Shown here in pieces: positions 28,717-38,091 of a stretch of DNA of 64,000 nt. Below the pieces are notes generated by a model, which was given only the letters and a program-made list of their open reading frames with translations, did not search any database and was not told where the DNA came from. Made by a program: the position numbers and the translations under genes. Origin of the DNA: a virus. Taxonomy: Duplodnaviria > Caudoviricetes. The stretch is from IMG/VR virus record IMGVR_UViG_3300033066_000581, positions 1 to 64,000 of that record. One strand, 5' to 3'. How positions within the stretch are numbered: position 1 is the first letter of the stretch; each line of letters starts with the position of its first letter.

Positions 28717-29350
28717 GGACGTAAATGGTATCGGCGGCCACTTGATTGATTGACCTATAACCAAGTGTGCTTAGGAACTGATGCACCTCAGAATGTTCAC
28801 CGCAGTTCTCGCCGACAATACATGGCTTGTATCTCTTGATCGTCTCGATAGCACCCTTCAGGACGTTTATCTCATAGCCTTCGACGTCAAGTTGGATCAA
28901 ATCACATGACTTCAGATCCATGGAGTCGATCGTCATGATAGGGATAAAGGCATCAGGTTCATCGATGACCTTGTGCATCCCGACGTTGTCATCACCAGAT
29001 CTAAGAACGCTGATGAACCCGTTATGATCACCCAGGGCAGTATTGTATTTGATCACGTGATCGAAGGGATTATTCAGGACTAAGCAATGGAAGTTGATAC
29101 CGTCGGGTTCAAACGTATAGACGTGCTTGAAGATATCTGCATAAAATCTAGTATACATTCCGCAGTTACCACCGGCAGTGATCACCGTATTGAAATCTTT
29201 GACGTAGTTAAACATCCGTTGTTTATGTTGGGTCTCCCAATCATTCTTGGGACCTTCCCAGGCGCCGTTATCACCTACAGCCCACCACCAACCCTTGATG
29301 CCGTTGGCCTCGGCATCCTCACGATATTCAATTCTCTCTAGGAAGTTCAT
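28703..29350 (-). CDS. FkbM-family methyltransferase
   Basis: [27 protein letters not shown]. Confidence 0.85.
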   Translation of the reverse strand: MNFLERIEYREDAEANGIKGWWWAVGDNGAWEGPKNDWETQHKQRMFNYVKDFNTVITAGGNCGMYTRFYADIFKHVYTFEPDGINFHCLVLNNPFDHVIKYNTALGDHNGFISVLRSGDDNVGMHKVIDEPDAFIPIMTIDSMDLKSCDLIQLDVEGYEINVLKGAIETIKRYKPCIVGENCGEHSEVHQFLSTLGYRSINQVAADTIYVHESF

Positions 29351-29934
29351 TCTGATCCTTTTCTCACATCATCGTAAAGTTCCTTGGCGTGTTGATCTGA
29401 CACGTGGCCAGGGACGCCTTTTCGGAACGACTTAAAATCACCGGACTTGGCATGGTCACGCATCTTGGATGCTGACATGCCGGCAGTTCCCTCAGCATCA
29501 GGGTCTCTGTGCCCAGCAGACACGACCTTGATGTGCTTGAAGTTGAACTCCTTGCCGTTGTACTTGTGTAATAATTTATGCATCTCCTCAACCCTATCTG
29601 ACCCTGCAACCATGGTCAGATGAGTATACCCTGCTGCGTTGAGCCGCTTTGCGTGGTGGATGAACGACGGGTGTTCTTTGGATGATGCGTGGATATTAGC
29701 TCCAGGAAAAAACCGCTTGGCGTGCTTAAGTTTTTGAGCCGCGGTTAACGGGTTCTTTTTAGCATCTTGGGTATGTGAAACTACGATCTCATGATCGGCA
29801 TGTTGTTTCTTGGCTTCGGACTTCACCTTCTCCACAAGCTTTTCATGCCCAGTAGTTGGGGGATTCATCCGGCCAAATGCGAATACAACGTGCTTGTCGG
29901 TTGACTCCGCAATGAATGTGGTGAAAGTCTTCAT
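29347..29934 (-). CDS. HIGH-class (cytidylyltransferase-like) nucleotidyltransferase with a capsid-targeting-like leader
   Basis: FGRMNPPTTGH, KNPL, VAGSDR, SAG.RDPD, MSASKMR; N-terminus MKTFTTFIAE. Confidence 0.85.
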   Translation of the reverse strand: MKTFTTFIAESTDKHVVFAFGRMNPPTTGHEKLVEKVKSEAKKQHADHEIVVSHTQDAKKNPLTAAQKLKHAKRFFPGANIHASSKEHPSFIHHAKRLNAAGYTHLTMVAGSDRVEEMHKLLHKYNGKEFNFKHIKVVSAGHRDPDAEGTAGMSASKMRDHAKSGDFKSFRKGVPGHVSDQHAKELYDDVRKGSE

Positions 29935-29936
29935 GG

Positions 29937-31019
29937 TTAATCCCTTATGAAATTTTGTCTGGAGAACTCATGACGATTTACTAGTTTTGTGGGTTGGTTT
30001 CCCTTAGAGATTACAAATCCCTCAGGCTTGGCCTTCTTTCCGCGGATACTGTGTTCAAATTCAGAGGTGTGTGACAGCGAATCAACTAATGCATTTTTTG
30101 CTTGTTGGAGATGGTGGTGCACCTTCAAGATTTGGTTAAATCCAGAGTGGTGTGCCTCAACGTGGCTAAGACGCTTTTCAAGCTCGGCACGCTTACGGTC
30201 TTTGGCTGCTGCAGTAGAAACCTTATCGATTTCCTTCAGGCCTTTGTTCAGCAAAAATTGGTGATATCCGGTTGCTGATGGTTTCGATTCGTCTCTGATT
30301 GTGGAGTTGATGTACGTTGGAAGCGTTGTGGAATGATCCTCCAAGGCCTTAAAAGTCTTTGAATCCACCTTATTTCCATGGAACTTAGCAGCCATGAGAT
30401 TCTTCTTGAATTTATTCTCCAACCTATCTGGCATCTTGTGCGATGACAGATCTAAATCTGCTGGAATGTTGTGCACATCATGGCTATCCTTGAAATTGCC
30501 ATGATCTACGTTGAAGCCTGCCGACATGTCTTCTAAATCTTTACCGTGATACTTAGTATGGACTACGATACCGAGTTTAGCCTTAGCAACCTTTTGCCCT
30601 TGCTTAGTTTCCATGGGTGTTGAATATGTAATTGTGTTGGGCTTAAAGTGATACTTACCATCAGATGTGGTGACGTCATCGTGCGTATACATAAGATCCC
30701 CCTGATATACCCCCTTCTTCGGAGCAATCTTGGGTAGATGCTTCAGGGCAGACTGAAGCTTGTATACAAGACCTGGCGCATGGCCATGATTCTTCTCAAC
30801 GTCGTCATCTGTATAGTTGATCTTCGGTGTTTTATTGAATGCAGATTTGGAAGCCACGAAGAACTTACCGGTTTTTGGGTGGTGGCCAAAAACGACACTT
30901 GGCGAATTATGAACTAATGCGGCCGAATCTCCAAGCACTATGAAAAAATTCTCGGCGGCGGTTGTAATATCATATGAGGTTTCCGGCTCAGAATGCCGAA
31001 TGTTTGTGACCTTCATCAA
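29937..31019 (-). CDS. C-terminal part of a KxDG ligase-like protein (DUF6267-like, from recall), preceded by a 37-38-aa split-intein C fragment (30906-31019)
   Basis: SYDITTAAENFF...LVHN|SPSVVFG; QGDLM, F.PNTITY, EGFV, KLVNRHEFS (ligase motifs III/IV/V-like). Confidence 0.85.
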   Translation of the reverse strand: MMKVTNIRHSEPETSYDITTAAENFFIVLGDSAALVHNSPSVVFGHHPKTGKFFVASKSAFNKTPKINYTDDDVEKNHGHAPGLVYKLQSALKHLPKIAPKKGVYQGDLMYTHDDVTTSDGKYHFKPNTITYSTPMETKQGQKVAKAKLGIVVHTKYHGKDLEDMSAGFNVDHGNFKDSHDVHNIPADLDLSSHKMPDRLENKFKKNLMAAKFHGNKVDSKTFKALEDHSTTLPTYINSTIRDESKPSATGYHQFLLNKGLKEIDKVSTAAAKDRKRAELEKRLSHVEAHHSGFNQILKVHHHLQQAKNALVDSLSHTSEFEHSIRGKKAKPEGFVISKGNQPTKLVNRHEFSRQNFIRD

Positions 31020-31686
31020 TTAACCTTTCGCGAATATTTGAGCATATCTTTAGGAAAGCGGGGTCATCCGCATTGCTGTTGCCTTTTATGGTATTTATAT
31101 ACCTCAAACAAAATACTATATTACTTGGATTTGACAGCTCCTCAGGAGATATGTTGAAATGATAACCATATACTACTGAAATTTTATGATCCACACAACG
31201 TTTAAGGTAATCATTCGGGTTTGGGGTATTTAATAATTCATCGATGAATTCAATTCCAGTATAGTAGCAATATTTTGGCTTAACTAGCTTTCTAGTCATT
31301 TGCTTTGTGTAAAAATATACTTGCTTTCTATAGTTATTAAGATCTTCTATATAATGCAATTCAGTTTTGGGTATGGAATTCCAGGCTTTGATTTCAGCCG
31401 TTCTAAGAGAAGAATTGTTTTCCACACCGTATTTTGCCAGCATTGTTTTCTTAATACCAGCCTGACGATGATCAGATATTGCTTTGGATTTGGCATTATA
31501 TACACCAGAATCTTTTAGAAACTGTCTTAGTCGGCCTGTTGAAACCCCAAACTGTTTCGATATCGTTGGTATATGTTCAGATATTGCCCAAGCCGAAAGC
31601 AATTCTTCTTTTTGGTTGGCAAAAACCGCTTTATTCTTTTCTCGTCTATCAATAATTAACTTTTGGTCTGGGTTTAAATTAGCCAA
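30988..31686 (-). mobile_element. Free-standing HNH-type endonuclease between the intein halves
   Basis: CYYTG...VDHKISV...SNIVFCLRYINTIKG; KYGVEN; AT-rich. Confidence 0.75.
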
Positions 31687-31696
31687 TTTGAATCCT

Positions 31697-31731
31697 AATA
31701 AGATGGTGGGTTACCAGCAATCTTATTTATC
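31697..31731 (-). promoter_or_regulatory. Late promoter GATAAATA (31724-31731) plus hairpin AATAAGAT/ATCTTATT abutting the HEG RBS
   Basis: 8-bp perfect stem; promoter overlaps the upstream stop codon. Confidence 0.65.
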
Positions 31732-32241
31732 AAGTAATGAAATTCCAAATATATCATCACCAATGTTAAGATCTTTTGCCTCAATCCATTGCCCAGATGA
31801 CAACATAACCTGATGATCATCAGTCACTTTGATAATATGTTGTGCATCTAATTCAATTTCAACCCAGGCCTTATCCCCAAGATACGCCAGCTTATCTAGA
31901 ACTTGAGTGAATTCTATTTCTCCAGCCTTGTTATACCCCAGAACCTTTAAATTTGAAGACGTAGACCAATTTTCAAATATCTCTTTAATAGACATAACTC
32001 CGTGTGTCTCAGTCAGCAATTCTGTGTTGCCTGAGACACACCCATCCCACTTGGTGCTGATCTTATGCCCAGTGTCTTCACCTGCCATAGTTTTCTTGGC
32101 GTGTTCTAAAGTATTGATTGCATGCTTCAGGCCGGCAGCACCAGCATTAATGGGGTGATCTTCTAAATGCTCAAGATGTTTAAGCTTAGAAGTCTCAAGG
32201 CCGGTGGATTCTGTCAAGTATTCTTTGAATGTCAATGTCAT
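31723..32241 (-). CDS. N-terminal 67 aa of the KxDG protein plus a 105-aa split-intein N fragment (31726-32040)
   Basis: HLEHLED...STKWDG|CVSGNT; block B VTDDH; WIEAKDL.IGD; leader MTLTFKEYLTE. Confidence 0.88.
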   Translation of the reverse strand: MTLTFKEYLTESTGLETSKLKHLEHLEDHPINAGAAGLKHAINTLEHAKKTMAGEDTGHKISTKWDGCVSGNTELLTETHGVMSIKEIFENWSTSSNLKVLGYNKAGEIEFTQVLDKLAYLGDKAWVEIELDAQHIIKVTDDHQVMLSSGQWIEAKDLNIGDDIFGISLLDK

Positions 32242-32260
32242 GATGATATTTATTACCTTA

Positions 32261-33340
32261 TCAATTCTTCCTGAACCTGTAATCGGCCATAATCATGTTC
32301 GGATATGATCCTCCGACTTTATTGCGGAAATTTAGGTTGATCAGCAATTCTGGTGTCTTTATGAAGACGGAAACTTTCTTGGCAGCACCTGGATTTGGGT
32401 ATCTAACCACAACATCCTGAATGGTGGTGAAACGTTCAAGCATAGCTGGGGTCATGGGAAAGGAATGAATGTGGCCACGATCCTTGTGCACCAGATGAAA
32501 CCCATAGCCGATACCGGTCTTCAAGAATTTCTGAAGTCTACGTTTATCTATCTTGGATGTGACGTTGATATCCTCGAACCCGCCCCTAGTTGCCTGTCTT
32601 CCGCCATAGGAATTGAACGTGGAACAGAACCTGGCGTTATCCACCCCCACCATATCTAGGAGAATTTTACCCTGTGGGTTGGTGATAATGCCTTGTTTTA
32701 TTTCAGCCTGAGGGATCATCTTGGCCACACCGATGTTGAAGAATGTGACAGTCGGGCCAAATTTAAGAGACATATGCACAACACCTTTGTCGTGTATCAC
32801 GTCGACGTCCGTAACAGTCTTTCCAACATCATGATCATTCAAACTGCCGATATACGGTTGATTGCCGGAAACTCCCATAGGTCTTCGTTGATTCAATGCC
32901 CCCATCGCCTTAACGTGTAGCCCAGATTTATTTTCCAACCCATATTTTTGGAATAGCCCCATGACAAACCCGCGATGTTCAATCTTAGGATCCTCAGAGT
33001 CGGCGATGTACCGATTGATATCGTCGATCAATTCACCCTCAAAAAGATTTCCACGGTTGTTGGTACCTAGGTTTCCCCTGGATCCGTTTCCCCAAGCAAA
33101 ACTTAAGCTCTTGAATTGAGACTTGAGATCTTGAAGCTTGATCGGCCCGTTAAGCTGTCTCAGTACTTTTATCTTTTGAGGAGCCTTGGGATCCATAGAA
33201 AAAGGTCCCTGCGCTTCTGACGAAGGGACCTTTTTTATAACATACGAATACGCCTTAACCAGATCCTCTGAGATCTGTGGCTTGGAGGTTTTGATGACGA
33301 TTACGTCATGGAGGTTTTTCGGAATAAGATTATAAGCCAT
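32261..33340 (-). CDS. PD-(D/E)xK-like nuclease-fold protein
   Basis: GNLFE...KTVTDVDV...MSLKFG; late promoter CATAAATA at 33345-33352. Confidence 0.5.
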   Translation of the reverse strand: MAYNLIPKNLHDVIVIKTSKPQISEDLVKAYSYVIKKVPSSEAQGPFSMDPKAPQKIKVLRQLNGPIKLQDLKSQFKSLSFAWGNGSRGNLGTNNRGNLFEGELIDDINRYIADSEDPKIEHRGFVMGLFQKYGLENKSGLHVKAMGALNQRRPMGVSGNQPYIGSLNDHDVGKTVTDVDVIHDKGVVHMSLKFGPTVTFFNIGVAKMIPQAEIKQGIITNPQGKILLDMVGVDNARFCSTFNSYGGRQATRGGFEDINVTSKIDKRRLQKFLKTGIGYGFHLVHKDRGHIHSFPMTPAMLERFTTIQDVVVRYPNPGAAKKVSVFIKTPELLINLNFRNKVGGSYPNMIMADYRFRKN

Positions 33341-33354
33341 TCATTATTTATGGC

Positions 33355-33762
33355 TTATAGGTTCTCCCATGTTTGTTCATCGGTAGTATAAACGACGTCA
33401 CAGATGCCGAATGTGGCTAGAGCCCTCTGACAGCCGAGGCACGGCTTGGCCATGCCCATCATCATTGAATGATCATGTGTGGACACCTTCTTGGCCCGGG
33501 CGATATAGATGGTCGCCTTCTGAAGTTCGTCCGGATGATCGAAATACTTGAGAGCGTTCAGGATCGCATCAGTCTCAGCGTGGAGATATATCGATTGTTC
33601 ATTCTTGCCGTACTTGGCTGCGAATGGGTGGCTCTTGTTCTTGTTGACCCCGTACCGAATGATCTTATCACGAACAGCGATAAGCGCTGCAACCCTGGCG
33701 TTTCCAACCGGTTGCAGCGCTTCAGCTAGTTCGTAGGTCTGGCTCTTTAGATAGTCTGACAT
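33355..33762 (-). CDS. Zn-dependent cytidine/dCMP deaminase-family protein
   Basis: LHAETDAI and AKPCLGC motifs. Confidence 0.85.
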   Translation of the reverse strand: MSDYLKSQTYELAEALQPVGNARVAALIAVRDKIIRYGVNKNKSHPFAAKYGKNEQSIYLHAETDAILNALKYFDHPDELQKATIYIARAKKVSTHDHSMMMGMAKPCLGCQRALATFGICDVVYTTDEQTWENL

Positions 33763-34140
33763 CTACTTGGTCAGTTCATAGACGGCATTATGGAAGCCGT
33801 AGCGATAGGAAGGCCGCTTCCCGTTCAGAAGTTCCAGGCCACCGTTCTTGCCGATGACGATATGACGATAGTTACGGCAGAAAGCTTCGGCGAGAGTGTC
33901 CTCATCGCCGACCATACCAACTTCAATGATCATATAGACCGGGGCGGCATCACCATACTGATACGCCTCGAACTTCTTCAGCTCATAAGCTTTGAAGCCG
34001 TGCTTTTGACGATACTCGGTGTTGAGAAGGGTTTGCTTGATCCGTTCGATCCGAGCGGTCTGCTTAGCGTTGCCGGTCGACCAGTGCTTCCTGGCTTCCA
34101 TTTCGGCGAGGATATCGTCAACGGTTTGGTCATTGCTCAT
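33763..34140 (-). CDS. Hypothetical early protein (leaderless)
   Basis: ATG 6 nt below the promoter -10 box. Confidence 0.7.
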   Translation of the reverse strand: MSNDQTVDDILAEMEARKHWSTGNAKQTARIERIKQTLLNTEYRQKHGFKAYELKKFEAYQYGDAAPVYMIIEVGMVGDEDTLAEAFCRNYRHIVIGKNGGLELLNGKRPSYRYGFHNAVYELTK

Positions 34141-34146
34141 ATTCTT

Positions 34147-34175
34147 ATCATATCACAGTGGCCAATTAAGTACAC
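34147..34175 (-). promoter_or_regulatory. Early promoter GTGTAC-N17-TATGAT-N6-ATG
   Basis: Repeated motif. Confidence 0.85.
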
Positions 34176-34181
34176 AGCTAA

Positions 34182-34397
34182 TTACGGTGCCCGCGAAAAT
34201 TCTCCACAGTACCAGAAACTGTTAACGATGGGCCATTCTGTTCTTCCAGACGTATATGTGCCGGCATTCATGCCGTTAGATTTGACGTTTCCGATCACGG
34301 TTGGCGGGTATCTACGACACTGATATTGATCTTCTCCCAAGATATACACCTTGGAATGTCTACAATTCAGACAATTTGAAATCGGAATACTCATCAT
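34182..34397 (-). CDS. Small Cys-rich phage protein
   Basis: CLNC...CRRYPP...WPIV...WYCGEF. Confidence 0.6.
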   Translation of the reverse strand: MMSIPISNCLNCRHSKVYILGEDQYQCRRYPPTVIGNVKSNGMNAGTYTSGRTEWPIVNSFWYCGEFSRAP

Positions 34398-34571
34398 CCA
34401 CCACTCAAGAAAATGCCGACGGCGTACAAACACGCACCCAAAGCAAAGCATATCCATGCCCATGGGATCTCGGCTGGGTGTCTAGTCCTGCCCCTAACTC
34501 CCATTGGCCCGATCAAAATCGTGCACGCAGCCCACAAACATGTGGCCAGGAAGCCTATTGCGCTGATCATC

Positions 34572-35603
34572 CTATTCTCCGTTCTTTAAGAGCCACGCGT
34601 TAGAAATCACCTTGAAGCTCTTGTTGGGGTCGTCAAGATTCTTGAAGACCACACCTTCACGTAGCTTGGCATTGATAGAAGGACCATCAGCATACTCCAG
34701 AGCTTCTTCCATAGTCATATCAAAGGCCAGGCCAATATCAATCACTGGCGCATGCTTTAATTCTAGAAGTTCGATGATAAGACGCCGATCAAATGCATTT
34801 ACATATCCACGAGATTCATCGAAGATATCAAAGACGAAGAACTCAAGCTCCTTCAGGCCTTCCTTGTTGCCTTGGACACCAGGACCCATCAGTTCGCCTT
34901 GGATAGCGACGTTGTCATAACCGTTCTCGATCATCATTTCTTCGATCTTAAGGGCCCTGGCCACGCGCCAGAAGGAATTATCCTCAGTCTCGATCAGGTC
35001 AAGGTTCCGTGAACAAACACCAAACCGGCCTTCATGTCGGTAAACGGTCATCGATGAACCATCAAGCTTCATCGTCACCTCGTAGTAGCCATGGAGCTTG
35101 TCGACATCCAGGTTCTGGATACGTTCTTGGTCCGTCTTCCGAAGGAATGACGGGAAGTTGCCACGGACCTTGCCAGCAAGATTGGCAGGAATCACGGGTT
35201 CCCACTTCTCGACACCACAAATCTCGGTCAGGTCCTCTTCAGCCTCGTAGGCCCGAAGCACCCATTCAAAGAAAGCTACCTCTTTAGACTCAGCAGCGAA
35301 AACGTTGATCGGATGAAGCGCCAAGCCTTGTGAAAGCTGGCCGCGGAGCTTGATCGTTTTGATCCGAGCGCCTTCCTTGCCGTTCCATGTGATCTTGTTC
35401 TTCACCAGGAATTTGAACGGTTCCTGATCGACTGGCACGAAGGAGTCGATCTCGAAATAGACGCAGATGTCACCTTCTTGGAATTCATTCTTCTTAACAA
35501 CCGCTTGCCATCCACCGATCTTGGCTAGTTCGATGGCATCAGCGCCTTCGATAGGAAGGATCTCGTCAATACGACGAAGGGTAACTAGTTTACGTTCTGA
35601 CAT
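34572..35603 (-). CDS. RNA ligase, DRB0094/Rnl5-like (N-terminal OB domain)
   Basis: PIEGAD.IE, YFEIDS, LRGQLSQGL, KTDQERIQN, KLDGSS, QGELMGPG.Q.N, REGVVFK, SFKVISN. Confidence 0.9.
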   Translation of the reverse strand: MSERKLVTLRRIDEILPIEGADAIELAKIGGWQAVVKKNEFQEGDICVYFEIDSFVPVDQEPFKFLVKNKITWNGKEGARIKTIKLRGQLSQGLALHPINVFAAESKEVAFFEWVLRAYEAEEDLTEICGVEKWEPVIPANLAGKVRGNFPSFLRKTDQERIQNLDVDKLHGYYEVTMKLDGSSMTVYRHEGRFGVCSRNLDLIETEDNSFWRVARALKIEEMMIENGYDNVAIQGELMGPGVQGNKEGLKELEFFVFDIFDESRGYVNAFDRRLIIELLELKHAPVIDIGLAFDMTMEEALEYADGPSINAKLREGVVFKNLDDPNKSFKVISNAWLLKNGE

Positions 35604-35609
35604 ATTTCC

Positions 35610-35955
35610 TCAGGCAGCTAGACGGTTAAGAGTTTCAGTGTTCGCTTGCATCTGGGCGATCACACAGGCGGAAGGTGTTGCATCTGACACGAACGGAACG
35701 GTATAATACAGGTCCACTCGTTCATCATCAACCACATACATTCGTTGGAACATAAGGACGTCACCGGTGCAGTTGACGAACTCGATATCCATGATGGTTT
35801 TGAGTTCAGCTCGAGTCAGAGCCCCATCGATAATTAGCGTCACCTCGAAGGCCTTTGCATCAAGCCGAAGTGGATCGTCACATGTTGGGTTGAGTAGATT
35901 TAGGGAAAGGGCTTCGGCCGGAGTGACGTCCGTAAGCCAGTAACGACGTTGCATC
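35610..35955 (-). CDS. Hypothetical protein (probable start MQRRYW)
   Basis: Fills the operon between the kinase and the ligase. Confidence 0.5.
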
Positions 35956-36459
35956 TTAGTTGTTTTCATCATAGGGGATAATAACGATGTAGTTAAAACC
36001 TTCATCGAAGGTCGGGGCGACGTAGGTGTTCCGCATCGAACTGATGATATGCGGAGGAATGGTTTTGCCAGGTCGGCCGGCAAGACGTTCATTCAGAACG
36101 TCTTCAGGCACCTCGAAGACGATAGCGACCTTGCGATACTCAGGAGGGAAACGAGCCAGCTTCTTACGACGAGAGTTAACGGTCAGGTTCGTCTGATCCC
36201 AGATGACATCGCGCCTCGACTTGATAGCTTCGGCTAGAAATAGGTTCATGACAGCCGTAGCATCTTTGATATTGTCCTCAAAGACGTCATCATACGTGAG
36301 ACCATGGTCTTTAGCGATCCGATCGATATGATAGTCAGTGCTGTAATAGAAGAAATCCCGGGCCCGCTGGAGGGCTGGCCCGAGGTTCTTTTCTGAATAC
36401 GTCGACTTACCGGAACCAGGAAGCCCAACGAACATATAGAGGACAGGTGGATTTTTCAT
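35956..36459 (-). CDS. P-loop polynucleotide kinase-like protein (kinase domain only)
   Basis: VGLPGSGKST, STD, WDQTNL...SRRKKL, R..RPGK.IP, PTFDEGF. Confidence 0.8.
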   Translation of the reverse strand: MKNPPVLYMFVGLPGSGKSTYSEKNLGPALQRARDFFYYSTDYHIDRIAKDHGLTYDDVFEDNIKDATAVMNLFLAEAIKSRRDVIWDQTNLTVNSRRKKLARFPPEYRKVAIVFEVPEDVLNERLAGRPGKTIPPHIISSMRNTYVAPTFDEGFNYIVIIPYDENN

Positions 36460-36465
36460 ATTACC

Positions 36466-36494
36466 ATCATATCATAGTGCACAGAAAAGTACAC
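36466..36494 (-). promoter_or_regulatory. Early promoter GTGTAC-N17-TATGAT-N6-ATG
   Basis: Repeated motif. Confidence 0.85.
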
Positions 36495-36496
36495 AA

Positions 36497-36874
36497 CTAT
36501 TTTTCGAAGCGGACGATCAAATCCTTCTTCAAGATCTTAACAGGGTTGTCCATAGCAAACTCAACGAAGGCCCAAGTTTCCGTAACCCCCCGGACATATC
36601 CTACCAGTGCACGTCGGCCGTATTTAGTAAACGCATCACGATCAGAAACTGCAGCGCCGATCGTTACCGGTAGTTCCGGAAGGGGCGGAATAGCTTTAAT
36701 CTCGTCATAGGCAAAACTAAGCTCAGCCCCAATACCGGTATTATTATCGACAACAATCACAACCTTGGTTTGGTTTGGAACAACTCTCTGGATTTCGGCT
36801 TCAACCAGGATCTTATCACCCGGTTGAAGTGCCTCGATTTCCTTGCTGCTGAAAATGAATCTACGTTCAGTCAT
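36497..36874 (-). CDS. Hypothetical protein (probable start MTERRF)
   Basis: Overlaps the rnlA stop. Confidence 0.5.
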   Translation of the reverse strand: MTERRFIFSSKEIEALQPGDKILVEAEIQRVVPNQTKVVIVVDNNTGIGAELSFAYDEIKAIPPLPELPVTIGAAVSDRDAFTKYGRRALVGYVRGVTETWAFVEFAMDNPVKILKKDLIVRFEK

Positions 36875-38090
36875 CGATATTAACTCCATAGTTATAGGCC
36901 GACTTCGAGAAGAAAGCCGCCTTCGCTTCATCAAAACTTTTGTTGTTCGAGGTGGACATCTTGATCTTCTTGATTAGGTCGTCACACACCAGAGCATACG
37001 CAACAGACTCGTTGAACTTGGTAGGATCAGAACGGCCATCGGCCTCAAACAGGTTGAAGATAAACTTAGCCCAAGTGGGATAATCCTTCATGTATTTAAC
37101 CGCAAAGGTCTTACGATCCATGTTTCCACGAATTTGGTACCAATAAAGGCTGTAAATATCGCCGGCTGATTGATAGATATCGGCCATCACTTGGGTTTCG
37201 TAACGGACCACAGAGTTAAAGTCATCTTCTTCCATCAACGGCTTCAGGTCATCGATACTCCCATTAAGGATCAGGTCGAGAACCTTACGTTCCGAAGAGA
37301 TGGCATCCTTGGTCTTATGCAGACGCACATACCAATCGCTCTTGATCTTGGCCATATGACCATCATCGAAGGTGATTACAACACCCTCTTCATCTTCCCA
37401 CTGTCGGATATGAGTCAGCAGCTCGCCAGAATTGGATTGAACAGGAATGACCTTCACCACAGGAATATTGAAACGACGAGCTTCAACTTCCATGTCGGCG
37501 CGCCCAACATATTCGCCGGTAACGTTCTCACGGATGGCAAGCAAAACCAGGTTATCCTCTTCATGGTTAACCACGATACGTTGCTTGTTCGAGCACCATT
37601 CAAAGATCGGCGTATAGCCCAGATCGGTGATGTGTTTGGCGAACATCTGATAGTTGGGCTTATCGGCCACAAACTCTTCGGCTTGCATCGAGACGTCGGT
37701 GATGCCCATCTTCGTGCCCCAGCGAATGCCGGTAGCAAGAGGAATCGGGGTGATCATCGATCCGTCAAGTTTGATCGGAAGGGTGTGCTTCCGAGTCAGG
37801 TCAATATGTTCAAGCGCCATATCTTCACGTTCACCAACGTTGAAGAACTTATGGAGGCGGCGAGCAATGATCCGGCCAGTTTCGTTGTCGAAGATAATAC
37901 CACGACATTCGCGAAGAATAGCCGCGTTTTCATCAGCGTTGATGGAAGGGAACGTATCGTTGCCGGCCACAACATAGTTGATGACCGTATAACCGTCCTT
38001 CACGGCGACGATGAACTCCTTACGATCCTTGATCGCAGGAAGAACATCGCTGATGTTGCGAATGATGGGAAATTGATAGTGAAGAGTCAT
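36867..38090 (-). CDS. rnlA: RNA ligase 1 (T4 RnlA-like)
   Basis: ECRGIIF, HKFFNVGE, KLDGSMI, FEW...QRIVV, EGVV, KIKSDWY. Confidence 0.9.
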   Translation of the reverse strand: MTLHYQFPIIRNISDVLPAIKDRKEFIVAVKDGYTVINYVVAGNDTFPSINADENAAILRECRGIIFDNETGRIIARRLHKFFNVGEREDMALEHIDLTRKHTLPIKLDGSMITPIPLATGIRWGTKMGITDVSMQAEEFVADKPNYQMFAKHITDLGYTPIFEWCSNKQRIVVNHEEDNLVLLAIRENVTGEYVGRADMEVEARRFNIPVVKVIPVQSNSGELLTHIRQWEDEEGVVITFDDGHMAKIKSDWYVRLHKTKDAISSERKVLDLILNGSIDDLKPLMEEDDFNSVVRYETQVMADIYQSAGDIYSLYWYQIRGNMDRKTFAVKYMKDYPTWAKFIFNLFEADGRSDPTKFNESVAYALVCDDLIKKIKMSTSNNKSFDEAKAAFFSKSAYNYGVNIDD

Positions 38091-38091
38091 C

